From a virus, in the IMG/VR virus record IMGVR_UViG_3300044797_000101, positions 32,001 to 96,000 of that record: a stretch of 64,000 nucleotides of DNA; one strand, written 5' to 3'. Positions 30,612 to 40,146 of the stretch are shown here, one piece after another; position 1 is the stretch's first letter; every line of letters starts with the position of its first letter. The notes beneath the pieces were generated by a model. The model made no database searches and was not told the DNA's origin. It worked only from the letters and a program-made list of their open reading frames with translations. The position numbers and the translations under genes were made by a program.

Positions 30612-31097
30612 TTATTCTCCCCACGTTTCGGTATCAGCTTCAACCTTATCAGCAGTCTTTTCAGCCATATTAACAATCACACATTTATCTTCTGTGCCAT
30701 CCCATTCAAAGGAAAGTCCAACCTTAGCAAGCGTTCCAGCGAGAAGCTTACCTACATCTAATGTTGAGACGGGTTTTTTATCAGGGTATTTATTGGTGGA
30801 AGCATCAGCGAAAGAGATATAGAGTTTACCGGAGGGAAGACGACCGCGATGATCTGTAACAAGATCTTCAGCGCTTTGACGATTGTAGAAAACATAACCT
30901 GTTACTGGTTTATTCTTATCATGCAATCCTTCAATATGAGTACCAATCTCATATGATCCACAAGAACCACAGCACCCAAAACTCTGTCTCGCAATGAGTT
31001 TAGCTTCACGGAGGAGTTTGAAAACCTTATTAAGCTTTACTTTGTTCTCAGCGATCGTGTCTTCAAATCTGTCAATCTCTTGATATGTAGGTCGCAT
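30612..31097 (-). CDS. DUF6891-like protein
   Basis: ARQSFGCCGSCG, GYVFYNRQ, FEWDG. Confidence 0.55.
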   Translation of the reverse strand: MRPTYQEIDRFEDTIAENKVKLNKVFKLLREAKLIARQSFGCCGSCGSYEIGTHIEGLHDKNKPVTGYVFYNRQSAEDLVTDHRGRLPSGKLYISFADASTNKYPDKKPVSTLDVGKLLAGTLAKVGLSFEWDGTEDKCVIVNMAEKTADKVEADTETWGE

Positions 31098-31206
31098 TAG
31101 ATTCTCCCTTATGCTGTGATTTAATAGCTTCTAATAAAATCTCAAGCATACCACTGCTTTCGTAAAGCTGTTCCATGTCAGACTTAAGAAGCGTTTTCAT
31201 ATCCTA

Positions 31207-31235
31207 ATTATAACAGAAGTAAGTAAGAATGTACA
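31207..31235 (-). promoter_or_regulatory. Sigma70-type promoter, leaderless
   Basis: TGTACA-17-TATAAT; ATG 6 nt after -10. Confidence 0.75.
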
Positions 31236-32416
31236 TAGGCCCTTTGAACTATATTTAATGGTGTGGATGAGGATGAACCTCTTCCTCCATTTTGACATCG
31301 TGCAAGCCATGAACTCCAGAACAGAAGAATGCACATCCAGATAGGTGCATAATTCCACCTAAAAGTGTAGCCTCTCCAACGTGGAAGCTTAGGAAGAATA
31401 GAGCAGCTCCAATAAGCATCCAGATGAAATTAGGGAGATTGCTTCTAACAATCCTTTTGACCATTAGGCTTGTCTCCCGAATACTGCCTGAAGTTCATCC
31501 CGCTTCATTTTAACTGGGCTTTCGATCGTTTGGGTAGTAGTTGTCACCTTAGGCAAATTAAGTGCCTTAAAGTGAAATACAGCCAAATGAGACATTAAGG
31601 ACAAGGTAAGTATCATAGGATCTCCTTAGTTGTCACAAGCTTTACCAATTCTGTATCAAGCTTGTCGTTGATCTCTGCGCTGAATCTCTCATCACGTTCG
31701 TCTGATGATCCACTATCGAATATGTCTGACAAGTGATCAGTCAACCAATCCGCTTGCTGCTTTGTCAATGTGATCTTAACCAATCCACTGTTTGACATTA
31801 TAATCCCTCCGAAGGAAACGTACCTTGAACAAGCTCAGCAACCTCTTTTGCAAGGTTCTTTTGGTTGTCAAGAAATTTAGCTAAGTCAGCGCTATTCGTG
31901 TATCCATAGCCTTTGCTAGAACCATCAGCTGACCATCGTGTCCATTTGGAACGGATGATCGCTTCAATCTGTCGATCATCATATCCACGTTTGCGAAGCA
32001 TTCGGATGGAAGAACTCCAACCACCTTTATAGTTAGCAGTCGAGTAAGCGTCGGACAATTGCTCAGCGAATTCTTTAACGTTCAATTTGGTATTCATTAG
32101 TATGCTCCCACTTTGTGATTAGGAAACAGTTTCTGCACGACAGTTAAAGCTAATTCTCCATGTCCACCAATATGCCAATCGTACAAACCTTTAGGTGTAA
32201 CATCTTCTTTATAGTCGTAGATCGTGAAGACAACGCCTTCAACTGTCTTGAAATTCCACTCAGCTGTAATCTTATCTCCGTCTGTATAATGAGGAACGTC
32301 AAGCTTGTCCATCAATTCTTTAAATGTGATAGTGATTGATCCTTGTAAGTGAGTACCATTAATCTCGTGACACGGTTTGATATTCATGTTGGTCTCCTTT
32401 GTTTTGATCATAATAT

Positions 32417-32445
32417 ATTATACCATGAGTAGGTAAGTTTGTCAA
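32417..32445 (-). promoter_or_regulatory. Sigma70-type promoter, leaderless
   Basis: TTGACA-17-TATAAT; ATG 5 nt after -10. Confidence 0.85.
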
Positions 32446-32460
32446 CCCCCCTGCCTATAT

Positions 32461-33024
32461 TTATTTCTGCAAACTATCGTGGTAGGCTATCAAATCAGCT
32501 TCAGAAATAGGCATGAAATTCCACTGATCCATACCCACGTTAATCATATGGTTCTTATACTTTCCTGGCATCGTCTTCCAAGCAGTATGCACGTGTCCAT
32601 TGATTAATAGTCTACCATCATCTGGGATGTTCTTATGATCAAACTTTGTTCTATGATGAGGATCGTCTGTACCTCTATAAGGATAATGACTGAGATTAGC
32701 TTCTGTTCCATCTGAGAGAGTAATCCTGAGACTCTGATGAACCTCTTGAAATCCGCGTTCAAGCATCTTCTCTTCTGCTCGGTCGTGGTTGCCAAGGATT
32801 AGGATCTTATGTCCATTTAGGTTCTCTACGATGTGCTTGCACCATTCAGGACTCGTGAAAGCGACATCACCCATATGATAAACTGTATCCTCAGGTTTAA
32901 CTAGTTTGTTCCATTCTGATACGATATGCCGATCCATCTCACCTGCATCCTTAAATGGACGAAGGCAATACTTAATGATGTTCGCATGACCAAAATGGGT
33001 ATCGCTTGTGAAGTATCTCGTCAT
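32461..33024 (-). CDS. Calcineurin-like metallophosphoesterase
   Basis: SDTHFGH, GD, GNHD, HYP, GHVH. Confidence 0.92.
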   Translation of the reverse strand: MTRYFTSDTHFGHANIIKYCLRPFKDAGEMDRHIVSEWNKLVKPEDTVYHMGDVAFTSPEWCKHIVENLNGHKILILGNHDRAEEKMLERGFQEVHQSLRITLSDGTEANLSHYPYRGTDDPHHRTKFDHKNIPDDGRLLINGHVHTAWKTMPGKYKNHMINVGMDQWNFMPISEADLIAYHDSLQK

Positions 33025-33283
33025 GTCTATTCTCCTTTTCAGCAACCTTAAACTCCAGGTATTCTAAATTTGTTAATGGTTCAAATGGGTGGAAGTCATA
33101 ACCTGCACGACGACAATCCGCCTTCATCTCTTCCATGTAATTCGTTATATAGCGAGAATGCTCATAACTTCCGTTTCTATAATGGGTCTCAGCATTCTCT
33201 CTATACCTATTAACGGCATCTTCCATTGAATGGAACATCTCTACTTTAAACTGTCCACAATGTCTACAAGGAATCATGTTCAT
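32972..33283 (-). CDS. DNLxYLE-tagged zinc-finger protein
   Basis: CRHCG...FEPLTNLEYLE. Confidence 0.8.
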   Translation of the reverse strand: MNMIPCRHCGQFKVEMFHSMEDAVNRYRENAETHYRNGSYEHSRYITNYMEEMKADCRRAGYDFHPFEPLTNLEYLEFKVAEKENRHDEILHKRYPFWSCEHH

Positions 33284-33488
33284 TTGCTTTGTTCTCTAAG
33301 TATTCTAGGTTGTCACAAAGCTCTGACATATGATCATATTGAGGCACAAGCGCGATACCATCTGCTCTTGGGAATTGAGCCTCATAAGATGTAAACTTAG
33401 GATCTTTTATAATAACGAATAGCTCATGATACATGTTCTTTCTTCCACATATCTTACAAGGCCAATCCATTAGCAATGGTGTCTTCAT
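33264..33488 (-). CDS. DNLxYLE-tagged zinc-finger protein
   Basis: CKICG...LCDNLEYLE. Confidence 0.8.
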   Translation of the reverse strand: MKTPLLMDWPCKICGRKNMYHELFVIIKDPKFTSYEAQFPRADGIALVPQYDHMSELCDNLEYLENKANEHDSL

Positions 33489-33697
33489 TTGCTCAGCTCT
33501 TCTAAATACCTAAGGTTATCTCGTTGATATCTCTCACATCTACAATCAAACATATAATCACTTGAATGCCTGCAAAGATAAGAATTACTTGTTAAATGAA
33601 GTTTTTCTAAATGTCCACAGGTACACGGAAATTTATTACTCAAAACTTCAGGGGTCCAAAGATTATGATATCTTGGCCATGTATTAGCTTTAAACAT
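33485..33697 (-). CDS. DNLxYLE-tagged zinc-finger protein
   Basis: CTCGH...CRCERYQRDNLRYLE. Confidence 0.8.
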   Translation of the reverse strand: MFKANTWPRYHNLWTPEVLSNKFPCTCGHLEKLHLTSNSYLCRHSSDYMFDCRCERYQRDNLRYLEELSK

Positions 33698-33872
33698 TTT
33701 TAGTTAAACTCTCTAAATACTTTAGATTGTCCGGAACAAATACATGTTGCCATGTTGTACTGTTTGCATAATCATAAAAACATTTTTCACATAATTTAGG
33801 AGCATTACCAATATTATAGTGTTCAGATTCGAAATGACTACAAATCTTACAAGGGAAATTAACTTCATTCAT
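33690..33872 (-). CDS. DNLxYLE-tagged zinc-finger protein
   Basis: CKICSH...HVFVPDNLKYLE. Confidence 0.8.
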   Translation of the reverse strand: MNEVNFPCKICSHFESEHYNIGNAPKLCEKCFYDYANSTTWQHVFVPDNLKYLESLTKNV

Positions 33873-34036
33873 ACTAAGCTCTCCAAGTATCTTAGATTGT
33901 CACCGTTGAAATCATGATAACAATCTATTCTTTTTAACTCAATACAGTCCCAACAGACTTGCCCATCATGAAATGAGGAATGCGTAGTATGTCTATCTTT
34001 GTCATGTGCGCACATACAGATATTAACTTCTAGCAT
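33869..34036 (-). CDS. DNLxYLE-tagged zinc-finger protein (55 aa, below track cutoff)
   Basis: Manual: MLEVNICMCAH...HDFNGDNLRYLESLV. Confidence 0.8.
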   Translation of the reverse strand: MLEVNICMCAHDKDRHTTHSSFHDGQVCWDCIELKRIDCYHDFNGDNLRYLESLV

Positions 34037-34889
34037 GCTTATGAAACTCCTTTGCGATACTCAAGACAACGTTACGACCTGTATCTGTTCCCAAGACATA
34101 TCCATCTAATTCTACTACAGGTGTAACCTCTGCATAGGTTCCACATATGAATACACCATCTGCTGTAATTATATCAGGTGCAGTTAGCTTTCTTTCAATA
34201 ACTTTATAGCCAGAACGCTTAGCTACACAAGACATGATGAACTCTCTCGTGAGACCTGGCAAGATGTTCCCATCGCTTGGTGGAGTGTATAACGTTATAC
34301 CTGTATTATCAATCTTAACCATGAAAAGGTTAGCTGTCAATGCTTCCGTGTAATACCCATTCCGATCTGTAAGGAACACAGTATCTGTACCAGTTTCTTT
34401 AGATAGATGCTCAAGGGACCTGAAGAATCCATAGTTGTTTGTGCTCTTGCATTGCATCCAATAATCGGGATACGAACGCTGCTTGGGTGAAGTGATTGCC
34501 TTAATCCCTAGGCGATCTTGGTTGGATGGGAGTAGAAAAGAATGTACCTCAACATTGACATCAGGACTACTTGTCTTCGCTCCTTCAGCCTTCCCAGAAT
34601 AGTAGATGACCGGACGGATATACTGTTCTCCGCCACCATTCGCAACTAAGACATCAATGCAAGCATTCATGAGAGTTAGCTTATCAAAGGGCATTGGAAC
34701 TCTTAATAGCTTGGCAGAGTTGAAGAGGCGAGTGATATGATCATCTAGTAAAAAAATAGTATTTTTACCATTCTTATCTACATAGGATCGAATCCCTTCC
34801 CACACAGCTGATCCATAGTGTAAGGACCAATTGAAGGAATCTATTTGAATCGGTGAGTCGACGACCTTTCCGTTAAGCCAAGCTTTCAT
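34023..34889 (-). CDS. ilvE: Branched-chain amino acid aminotransferase (class IV PLP)
   Basis: LHYGSAVWEGIR, HITRL, YIRP, CKSTNNY, ILPGLTR, GTYAEVTPV. Confidence 0.88.
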   Translation of the reverse strand: MKAWLNGKVVDSPIQIDSFNWSLHYGSAVWEGIRSYVDKNGKNTIFLLDDHITRLFNSAKLLRVPMPFDKLTLMNACIDVLVANGGGEQYIRPVIYYSGKAEGAKTSSPDVNVEVHSFLLPSNQDRLGIKAITSPKQRSYPDYWMQCKSTNNYGFFRSLEHLSKETGTDTVFLTDRNGYYTEALTANLFMVKIDNTGITLYTPPSDGNILPGLTREFIMSCVAKRSGYKVIERKLTAPDIITADGVFICGTYAEVTPVVELDGYVLGTDTGRNVVLSIAKEFHKHARS

Positions 34890-34890
34890 A

Positions 34891-35103
34891 TCATTCCTTT
34901 TGCTTACTTTTATATTCCAGATACTCAAGGTTCGACATCGGTCCAAAGAAGCAAAGGTTCAAGACTCTGCCATGCTCATCCTCTGCGGTTGGACAAACAA
35001 CCCTCTCAGCATACTCACCAGTTGCAGACCAATCATCATGCACATCCTTAAGCTCATGACAATACCTACAAAGCTGCTCGTTGGAACTAAGATCGTTGTT
35101 CAT
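34891..35103 (-). CDS. DNLxYLE-tagged zinc-finger protein
   Basis: CRYCH...FGPMSNLEYLE. Confidence 0.8.
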   Translation of the reverse strand: MNNDLSSNEQLCRYCHELKDVHDDWSATGEYAERVVCPTAEDEHGRVLNLCFFGPMSNLEYLEYKSKQKE

Positions 35104-35299
35104 CTTTATATTCCAAGTATTCCAGATTATCTATGATAGCACGATGACTAGTTACCAATGGTTCACCATACCAATCTACATCAAGACCTTGTTTCACATA
35201 ATAATTACGATCTGCACAGAAGAATACCTTATGGAATCTATTGCGCTGTCCACAAATGATGCAACGCTTATTTAGAACTTCTATGTGTTGATTCGACAT
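35087..35299 (-). CDS. DNLxYLE-tagged zinc-finger protein
   Basis: CIICG...AIIDNLEYLE. Confidence 0.8.
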   Translation of the reverse strand: MSNQHIEVLNKRCIICGQRNRFHKVFFCADRNYYVKQGLDVDWYGEPLVTSHRAIIDNLEYLEYKDEQRS

Positions 35300-35603
35300 A
35301 TTTCCATTCTATATATTCTAAGTTGTTTACTTTACGAAATATATCACCATGAATCCTATGTTGGTACATCTCACCTTGTTTCACCACAGCAACAAGCTCC
35401 ATCATCTTCAGTGGCATCTCACCATGAGTTAAAAGTATTGGATAGCATTTGGCATATTGATACATAACATGATCAGGTCCATAATTAATCAATACAACTT
35501 GAGTTTGTATAATCTTTGAGTCACTGATTATAACAGTAACACTACCCTCTACCGCTGGACACTCTATATTATAAAGAGGACTTATTATTGAGCGTTCGTT
35601 CAC
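35268..35603 (-). CDS. Tagged protein (no zinc finger)
   Basis: FRKVNNLEYIEW. Confidence 0.75.
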   Translation of the reverse strand: MNERSIISPLYNIECPAVEGSVTVIISDSKIIQTQVVLINYGPDHVMYQYAKCYPILLTHGEMPLKMMELVAVVKQGEMYQHRIHGDIFRKVNNLEYIEWKYVESTHRSSK

Positions 35604-35757
35604 TTTTTTCCTCTAAGTACTTAAGGTTATCTAGGATAAAGTTATGAAGCATAACCCATCCCATACAATTGTGGCATTTGCCTACTGTATTAGGATACAA
35701 TCGATGGTTCCGCTTTGGATGACCACAAACCTTACAGTTTCGATCTAGTCGCTTCAT
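35569..35757 (-). CDS. DNLxYLE-tagged zinc-finger protein
   Basis: CKVCGH...HNFILDNLKYLE. Confidence 0.8.
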   Translation of the reverse strand: MKRLDRNCKVCGHPKRNHRLYPNTVGKCHNCMGWVMLHNFILDNLKYLEEKSERTLNNKSSL

Positions 35758-35926
35758 ATTCTAGGTACGTTAAATTATCCATGGGTCTAAACATTGTGCA
35801 GCTCTCACAGATAAGACATTCACTATAAACCTTTGGTTGCGGCTGTAACGTTGCACACGTAGAGCACGAGTGAGGCAAATGCTCGAAGTCCCAACATCCA
35901 CACTCACAAGGTATCTTGCTGCTCAT
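35732..35926 (-). CDS. DNLxYLE-tagged zinc-finger protein
   Basis: CECGC...FRPMDNLTYLE. Confidence 0.8.
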   Translation of the reverse strand: MSSKIPCECGCWDFEHLPHSCSTCATLQPQPKVYSECLICESCTMFRPMDNLTYLEYEATRSKL

Positions 35927-36089
35927 TCTTATATTCCAAATACTCTAAATTATCCATCCATTCAATCTGATGTGATGAACCAATTGGCTTACTCTTCCTG
36001 CATTCTGAACAAACATAAATAAGTCTAGCTACCCATGCTAATGTATGATAGGTAAAGAAATGCCCGCACTTACAAGGTCTTTTGATCAT
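35904..36089 (-). CDS. DNLxYLE-tagged zinc-finger protein
   Basis: CKCGH...EWMDNLEYLE. Confidence 0.8.
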   Translation of the reverse strand: MIKRPCKCGHFFTYHTLAWVARLIYVCSECRKSKPIGSSHQIEWMDNLEYLEYKNEQQDTL

Positions 36090-36291
36090 TTAGAAACTCT
36101 AGATATTCTAAGTTACCAGCTGGCTGATAGGAAATCCATTCCCAATCCGAATCAGGTATGATGTTCCCGTTCTCTATCTCATGCTGCATCACTACAGATA
36201 GGTGATCGAACTGACAAAGCCCTTCATAGGTTCCTTCTGTTCTATGATCCTTCTCAAGCATCCCGCAATTCTTACAGGGTCTTTCTGCCAC
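36070..36291 (-). CDS. DNLxYLE-tagged zinc-finger protein
   Basis: CKNCG...YQPAGNLEYLE. Confidence 0.8.
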   Translation of the reverse strand: MAERPCKNCGMLEKDHRTEGTYEGLCQFDHLSVVMQHEIENGNIIPDSDWEWISYQPAGNLEYLEFLNDQKTL

Positions 36292-36490
36292 AATGATCCT
36301 CTAAATACTTTAGGTTATCAGGTCGAAACTCACGACATCGACATGTTGTCGTCGTCTTATGAGTACCCGACCTTAATTGTTCTAATGTAATCACGCTATA
36401 CAAGCAGCCGAACATAACGGAGTCCGGATCAAAGTTGTGGGTCTTCTCTTCATGCCCGCAAAGGCAATTAAATTTTATCTTTCTTTTCAC
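36272..36490 (-). CDS. DNLxYLE-tagged zinc-finger protein
   Basis: CLCGH...CRCREFRPDNLKYLE. Confidence 0.8.
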   Translation of the reverse strand: MKRKIKFNCLCGHEEKTHNFDPDSVMFGCLYSVITLEQLRSGTHKTTTTCRCREFRPDNLKYLEDHCGRKTL

Positions 36491-36671
36491 TCAACTGCTC
36501 CAGATACTTCAGGTTATCGCTGCTCACCCATTCATTACACTTGCATCCATAAGATGAATGACTTGGTGATACAAACTCATTTGAGCACTGGTTTTCAGGA
36601 CGTGAAATCCCAACATACATTGTATGCCAATGCTTACAATTCCTACATTGCCACCCTTTAAAGTCTACCAT
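36468..36671 (-). CDS. DNLxYLE-tagged zinc-finger protein
   Basis: CRNCKH...CKCNEWVSSDNLKYLE; start reassigned to MVDFKG. Confidence 0.8.
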   Translation of the reverse strand: MVDFKGWQCRNCKHWHTMYVGISRPENQCSNEFVSPSHSSYGCKCNEWVSSDNLKYLEQLSEKKDKI

Positions 36672-36834
36672 ATGTTGCCAGATATTCCAAGTAAATAAGA
36701 TTCGTGAAGTATTCACGCTCAAACCATATCTTTAATAGATTACCTTTTGTTGTATATATGGCAGAGTTATCTAGATAAAAATAAAGTTCTTTAGCTGTAT
36801 GAATCGTAAACTGCTCATCACAACGGCTACACAT
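36658..36834 (-). CDS. Tagged small protein (58 aa, below track cutoff)
   Basis: Manual: MCSRCDEQFTIH...EYFTNLIYLEY. Confidence 0.75.
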   Translation of the reverse strand: MCSRCDEQFTIHTAKELYFYLDNSAIYTTKGNLLKIWFEREYFTNLIYLEYLATYGRL

Positions 36835-37201
36835 GACGATTTTGTTCCCATTCTAGGTATTCGAGGTTAGACATGATGGTCCAATCCTCATTGTAATCTT
36901 TAAGGAATACTCCCTTTCCAAACTTAGCCTCAGGCTTTAATACTGGAATGGTCTTGAACTCCCACCACTCAGAACCATCATACTCATGACGTTCCATCCA
37001 CCAATCATCACCTACAACAACTAGTGAACCATTAACCTCTTGTCCGCCATACCCAGCATCGTATTCCTTATCCGCTATCTCTAGGAAGTAGTCAGGATGG
37101 ATCTTAACGTTCCCATCTGAATGTCCTATCCATCGGACATCAGCCATGGTTTTATTATGGTGCGACATAAAGATGATCGTTTCTTCTTTAAGATTGCTCA
37201 T
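36827..37201 (-). CDS. Phage domain protein with appended tag
   Basis: YDAGYGGQE...WWMERHEYDGSEWWEF then IMSNLEYLEW. Confidence 0.8.
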   Translation of the reverse strand: MSNLKEETIIFMSHHNKTMADVRWIGHSDGNVKIHPDYFLEIADKEYDAGYGGQEVNGSLVVVGDDWWMERHEYDGSEWWEFKTIPVLKPEAKFGKGVFLKDYNEDWTIMSNLEYLEWEQNRHV

Positions 37202-37496
37202 GTGCTTTCCATTCGAGGTACTCAAGATTGTTTGTAAAGAATGGGTGATTCATAATCGTACGATTTGCGCCATCCTTATGCTGATGCTCACTTACCTTAC
37301 AGAATGAACAGATACGTTCCTCAAACTTTAATGTAACAACTCCAGCTGGATAATATACCGCCATCCCAATATCCTCATAGACAGAGAAGGTATCAGTTGC
37401 AACGCCAATGATAGGATCTGTTTCATTAATAGCTTTAATAACCTGTCCTTGCTGATTGACAGTTATCAAATCACCTTTATTTATTCGATCGTTCAT
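37188..37496 (-). CDS. Tagged protein: beta-rich N-domain plus zinc finger
   Basis: KGDLITVN...IIGVA; CSFC...HPFFTNNLEYLEW. Confidence 0.8.
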   Translation of the reverse strand: MNDRINKGDLITVNQQGQVIKAINETDPIIGVATDTFSVYEDIGMAVYYPAGVVTLKFEERICSFCKVSEHQHKDGANRTIMNHPFFTNNLEYLEWKAHEQS

Positions 37497-37728
37497 ATTC
37501 CCACTCAAGCATCTCTAGATTGTTCCTAAAGAATGGATGTTGCTCTTCTCCCTCGTGACCATGCTCATAGTTTGTTACACCACATTTAGCGCATGTGATA
37601 GAACTTACAAAAAGACTATTTGTATTCATGAATCTATTTAACTCAGCGATTATCTTCTCTTGTTCAGCTGTCCACTTAGCAACTTCGTCAGACAGATAGA
37701 TGAGAGGTTTAAGATCGTTGTCGAACAT
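37477..37728 (-). CDS. DNLxYLE-tagged zinc-finger protein
   Basis: CAKCG...HPFFRNNLEMLEW. Confidence 0.8.
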   Translation of the reverse strand: MFDNDLKPLIYLSDEVAKWTAEQEKIIAELNRFMNTNSLFVSSITCAKCGVTNYEHGHEGEEQHPFFRNNLEMLEWEYERSNK

Positions 37729-37897
37729 ACATCCTCTCTAAATACTCTAAGTTATTAAAGATACCATCTAAACACTTACAGCGCTTGGTCGCACACTGTT
37801 GATGCTCATACTTAAAGCTACCATCAGCACAATACTCCAAGATGCTCATGAAGTGAACGTGCTTACAAATCAAGCAAGGCTTATTCTCTGGTAGCAC
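37709..37897 (-). CDS. DNLxYLE-tagged zinc-finger protein
   Basis: CLICKH...CKCLDGIFNNLEYLE. Confidence 0.8.
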   Translation of the reverse strand: MLPENKPCLICKHVHFMSILEYCADGSFKYEHQQCATKRCKCLDGIFNNLEYLERMYVRQRS

Positions 37898-38096
37898 TTT
37901 TCCACTCCAGAAACTCTAAGTTATTAGAGATAAACGGATGAGCCGTGAATCCCTCATTGTGAGACCATTCAGCTGCTTTACAATACTGACAATAGGCAAT
38001 CTGATTATCATGAGGTATCGGTGCCCAACCATGTCCTGTATAAACCATCGTGACATTAGCTTCAATGTCATAGATGAGCTCACCGATCTGACTCAC
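37881..38096 (-). CDS. DNLxYLE-tagged zinc-finger protein
   Basis: CQYC...HPFISNNLEFLEW. Confidence 0.8.
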   Translation of the reverse strand: MSQIGELIYDIEANVTMVYTGHGWAPIPHDNQIAYCQYCKAAEWSHNEGFTAHPFISNNLEFLEWKSATRE

Positions 38097-38622
38097 TTGT
38101 GCTCACCAACTGATAGCGTACAATTACAAATAGCTTTATGCTGCTCAAGCTCTTTATTAACCTTCTTGAGCTCTGCTTCTAGAAAACCTATGTTATGCCA
38201 AAGCTCAGCAGGACAAGGTTCTTTACAATTATCCCCGTGTGTTCTTATCATATTCTTTCCTTTTCAAATAGTCTTTGATATAGCTTTTCAGTGTACATAG
38301 ATGATCAAGATAACTGAGACCGTCAATCTTACCTTCTTTGCCCAGCTTACGTATCATAGCGATAGCATTGTCACAATGCTTCTTCTCTGGGAAATCAATC
38401 TGCTCAACCATGAATACCCAGTTGCCACTCACCGTCTCATCTGTCTTATACGCATCACAAAGTGTAAGGTGATTGTGGTGCTCAACGAATAGAAGACCTG
38501 GCAACCAAGTCTGGTTATCCTTAACATGAGGTGTAATCCTGTAAACGATATGACCATTGACACTTCCAAACTTACCTACTGGAAGCTCATGAATCCTAAT
38601 GAGACCTGGTTTATTAACCCAC

Positions 38623-38814
38623 TTAGGCTTTAGCGTTGCCACTTAGTTCCTTTATAGCATGTAAGCATTCTAGATACAAGAGGTTATCTCCATTTGAACT
38701 TCGTATGGTCCACGCAGTGAATTCTAATAGCCTAAGCTTCTCAGGTATAGGCATTTCAAGCTTGTTGATGACCATGCTTACAAAACTAGCGGAGATTATT
38801 TCTTGTTGGGACAT
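38623..38814 (-). CDS. Tagged protein (no zinc finger)
   Basis: NGDNLLYLE. Confidence 0.75.
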   Translation of the reverse strand: MSQQEIISASFVSMVINKLEMPIPEKLRLLEFTAWTIRSSNGDNLLYLECLHAIKELSGNAKA

Positions 38815-38977
38815 TGATCAAGCTCATCTGGTATTCCCATTCTAATAGCTCAAGGTTATTCATAGGGATAAACCTATTACATCCTGTTGTATCAGGCATA
38901 TTCTCCCAATCCAATAGGATATATAGATGAGCCTCGTAAGTATCCTTACATGTCATGCATCGTTTATCTTTGTTCAT
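38786..38977 (-). CDS. DNLxYLE-tagged zinc-finger protein
   Basis: CMTC...FIPMNNLELLEW. Confidence 0.8.
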   Translation of the reverse strand: MNKDKRCMTCKDTYEAHLYILLDWENMPDTTGCNRFIPMNNLELLEWEYQMSLINVPTRNNLR

Positions 38978-39116
38978 TTAAATACTCCAGATACTCTAGA
39001 TTATCCATCGCTTCAAAGTGTATCATCTCACCATTACAATAATAATCTCCTGCCCAACCATCATCGTAATCGTGTTCATCCTTCAGCTTCTTACAATGCT
39101 TACAGACGTTGAGCAT
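38964..39116 (-). CDS. DNLxYLE-tagged zinc-finger protein (50 aa, below track cutoff)
   Basis: Manual: MLNVCKHCKK...FEAMDNLEYLEYLNEQR. Confidence 0.8.
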   Translation of the reverse strand: MLNVCKHCKKLKDEHDYDDGWAGDYYCNGEMIHFEAMDNLEYLEYLNEQR

Positions 39117-39294
39117 CGCTCTTCCATTCTAAGAATTCTAAGTTGTCCATTGGCATATACTGATCACAAGGACATTGCCCATATTCGCTATACACACACC
39201 AACCACGAAAATCCTCATCAAGTTCCATATCATCGTTACAGAAGATCTTATGATCTTCTTTCTTGTGGAAGCAATTACAAGGAAGCTCGGCCAT
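39100..39294 (-). CDS. DNLxYLE-tagged zinc-finger protein
   Basis: CNCFH...CPCDQYMPMDNLEFLEW. Confidence 0.8.
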   Translation of the reverse strand: MAELPCNCFHKKEDHKIFCNDDMELDEDFRGWCVYSEYGQCPCDQYMPMDNLEFLEWKSDAQRL

Positions 39295-39487
39295 TCTTCT
39301 TTGCCTCTAAGATCTCTAATAACCTAAGGTTATCCTTTATAAATATACCACATACGATGTTAACTCCATAGGTATTTAAATGACTGCGTGTTTTATAGCA
39401 TTCCCAACAGACACCACCATTAAGATCACCATACCCTACAAGGTGATTTGTCTTTACATGGCCACACTTACAGATGCTCTTACTCAC
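39275..39487 (-). CDS. DNLxYLE-tagged zinc-finger protein
   Basis: CKCGH...FIKDNLRLLE. Confidence 0.8.
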   Translation of the reverse strand: MSKSICKCGHVKTNHLVGYGDLNGGVCWECYKTRSHLNTYGVNIVCGIFIKDNLRLLEILEAKKNGRASL

Positions 39488-39719
39488 TAGCTTTCTGCTC
39501 TAAGAACTGAAGGTTATCTACTGATTGAAACGCCTCAATGTGATTAGGCACGATCCACACATCTCCATACTTCTTATCATGAAAGCTATAATGAGGAGAA
39601 TTAGAATTTTGATCTGTCCAATTAAATGTTCCTTCAAAGATATTACCAGACTTCATAAACAACCGGAAAAACACGTTAGGTTTCCCATCCATCTTTTGTC
39701 TTAATTCATAGAGATACAT
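39480..39719 (-). CDS. Tagged protein, possible Sm-like fold
   Basis: RLFMKSGNIFEGTF...VWIVPNHIEAFQSVDNLQFLE. Confidence 0.75.
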   Translation of the reverse strand: MYLYELRQKMDGKPNVFFRLFMKSGNIFEGTFNWTDQNSNSPHYSFHDKKYGDVWIVPNHIEAFQSVDNLQFLEQKASE

Positions 39720-39961
39720 TACTTGCTTTTCTCCTCTAAATACCTCAAGTTGTCTAGCTTAAACAATAGACAAGGACATTCATTATAATCTATCTTATAG
39801 TTCTCGGCCACGTTCTTATACCAGCTACACTTTGTAAAGACCTTCACCTTGATGATCGTTACAACCTCTTGCTTAAAGCGAAGATCATACTCTGTTTGCT
39901 CATTCTCATGGAATGAAGCAGTGTGTCCACACGTACAAGGATCTTCAAGCTCTGTCTTCAT
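39719..39961 (-). CDS. DNLxYLE-tagged zinc-finger protein
   Basis: CTCGH...CPCLLFKLDNLRYLE. Confidence 0.8.
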   Translation of the reverse strand: MKTELEDPCTCGHTASFHENEQTEYDLRFKQEVVTIIKVKVFTKCSWYKNVAENYKIDYNECPCLLFKLDNLRYLEEKSK

Positions 39962-40146
39962 TTGCTCAATCTCTCTAGGTGCCTCAGGTTATTAGGCTTA
40001 AACTTATGCCATGGATAATAGCAACTGCTATCTGGTTCATTCCTGCTTATATAACAATCCCCACAATAATCCGTATACTTAGGATGTGCTGCTTGTACAT
40101 GACGTTTCCTTGTATGACCGCAATCACACGTAAAGCTATTGGACAT
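39958..40146 (-). CDS. DNLxYLE-tagged zinc-finger protein
   Basis: CDCGH...HKFKPNNLRHLE; start reassigned to MSNSF. Confidence 0.8.
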   Translation of the reverse strand: MSNSFTCDCGHTRKRHVQAAHPKYTDYCGDCYISRNEPDSSCYYPWHKFKPNNLRHLERLSK

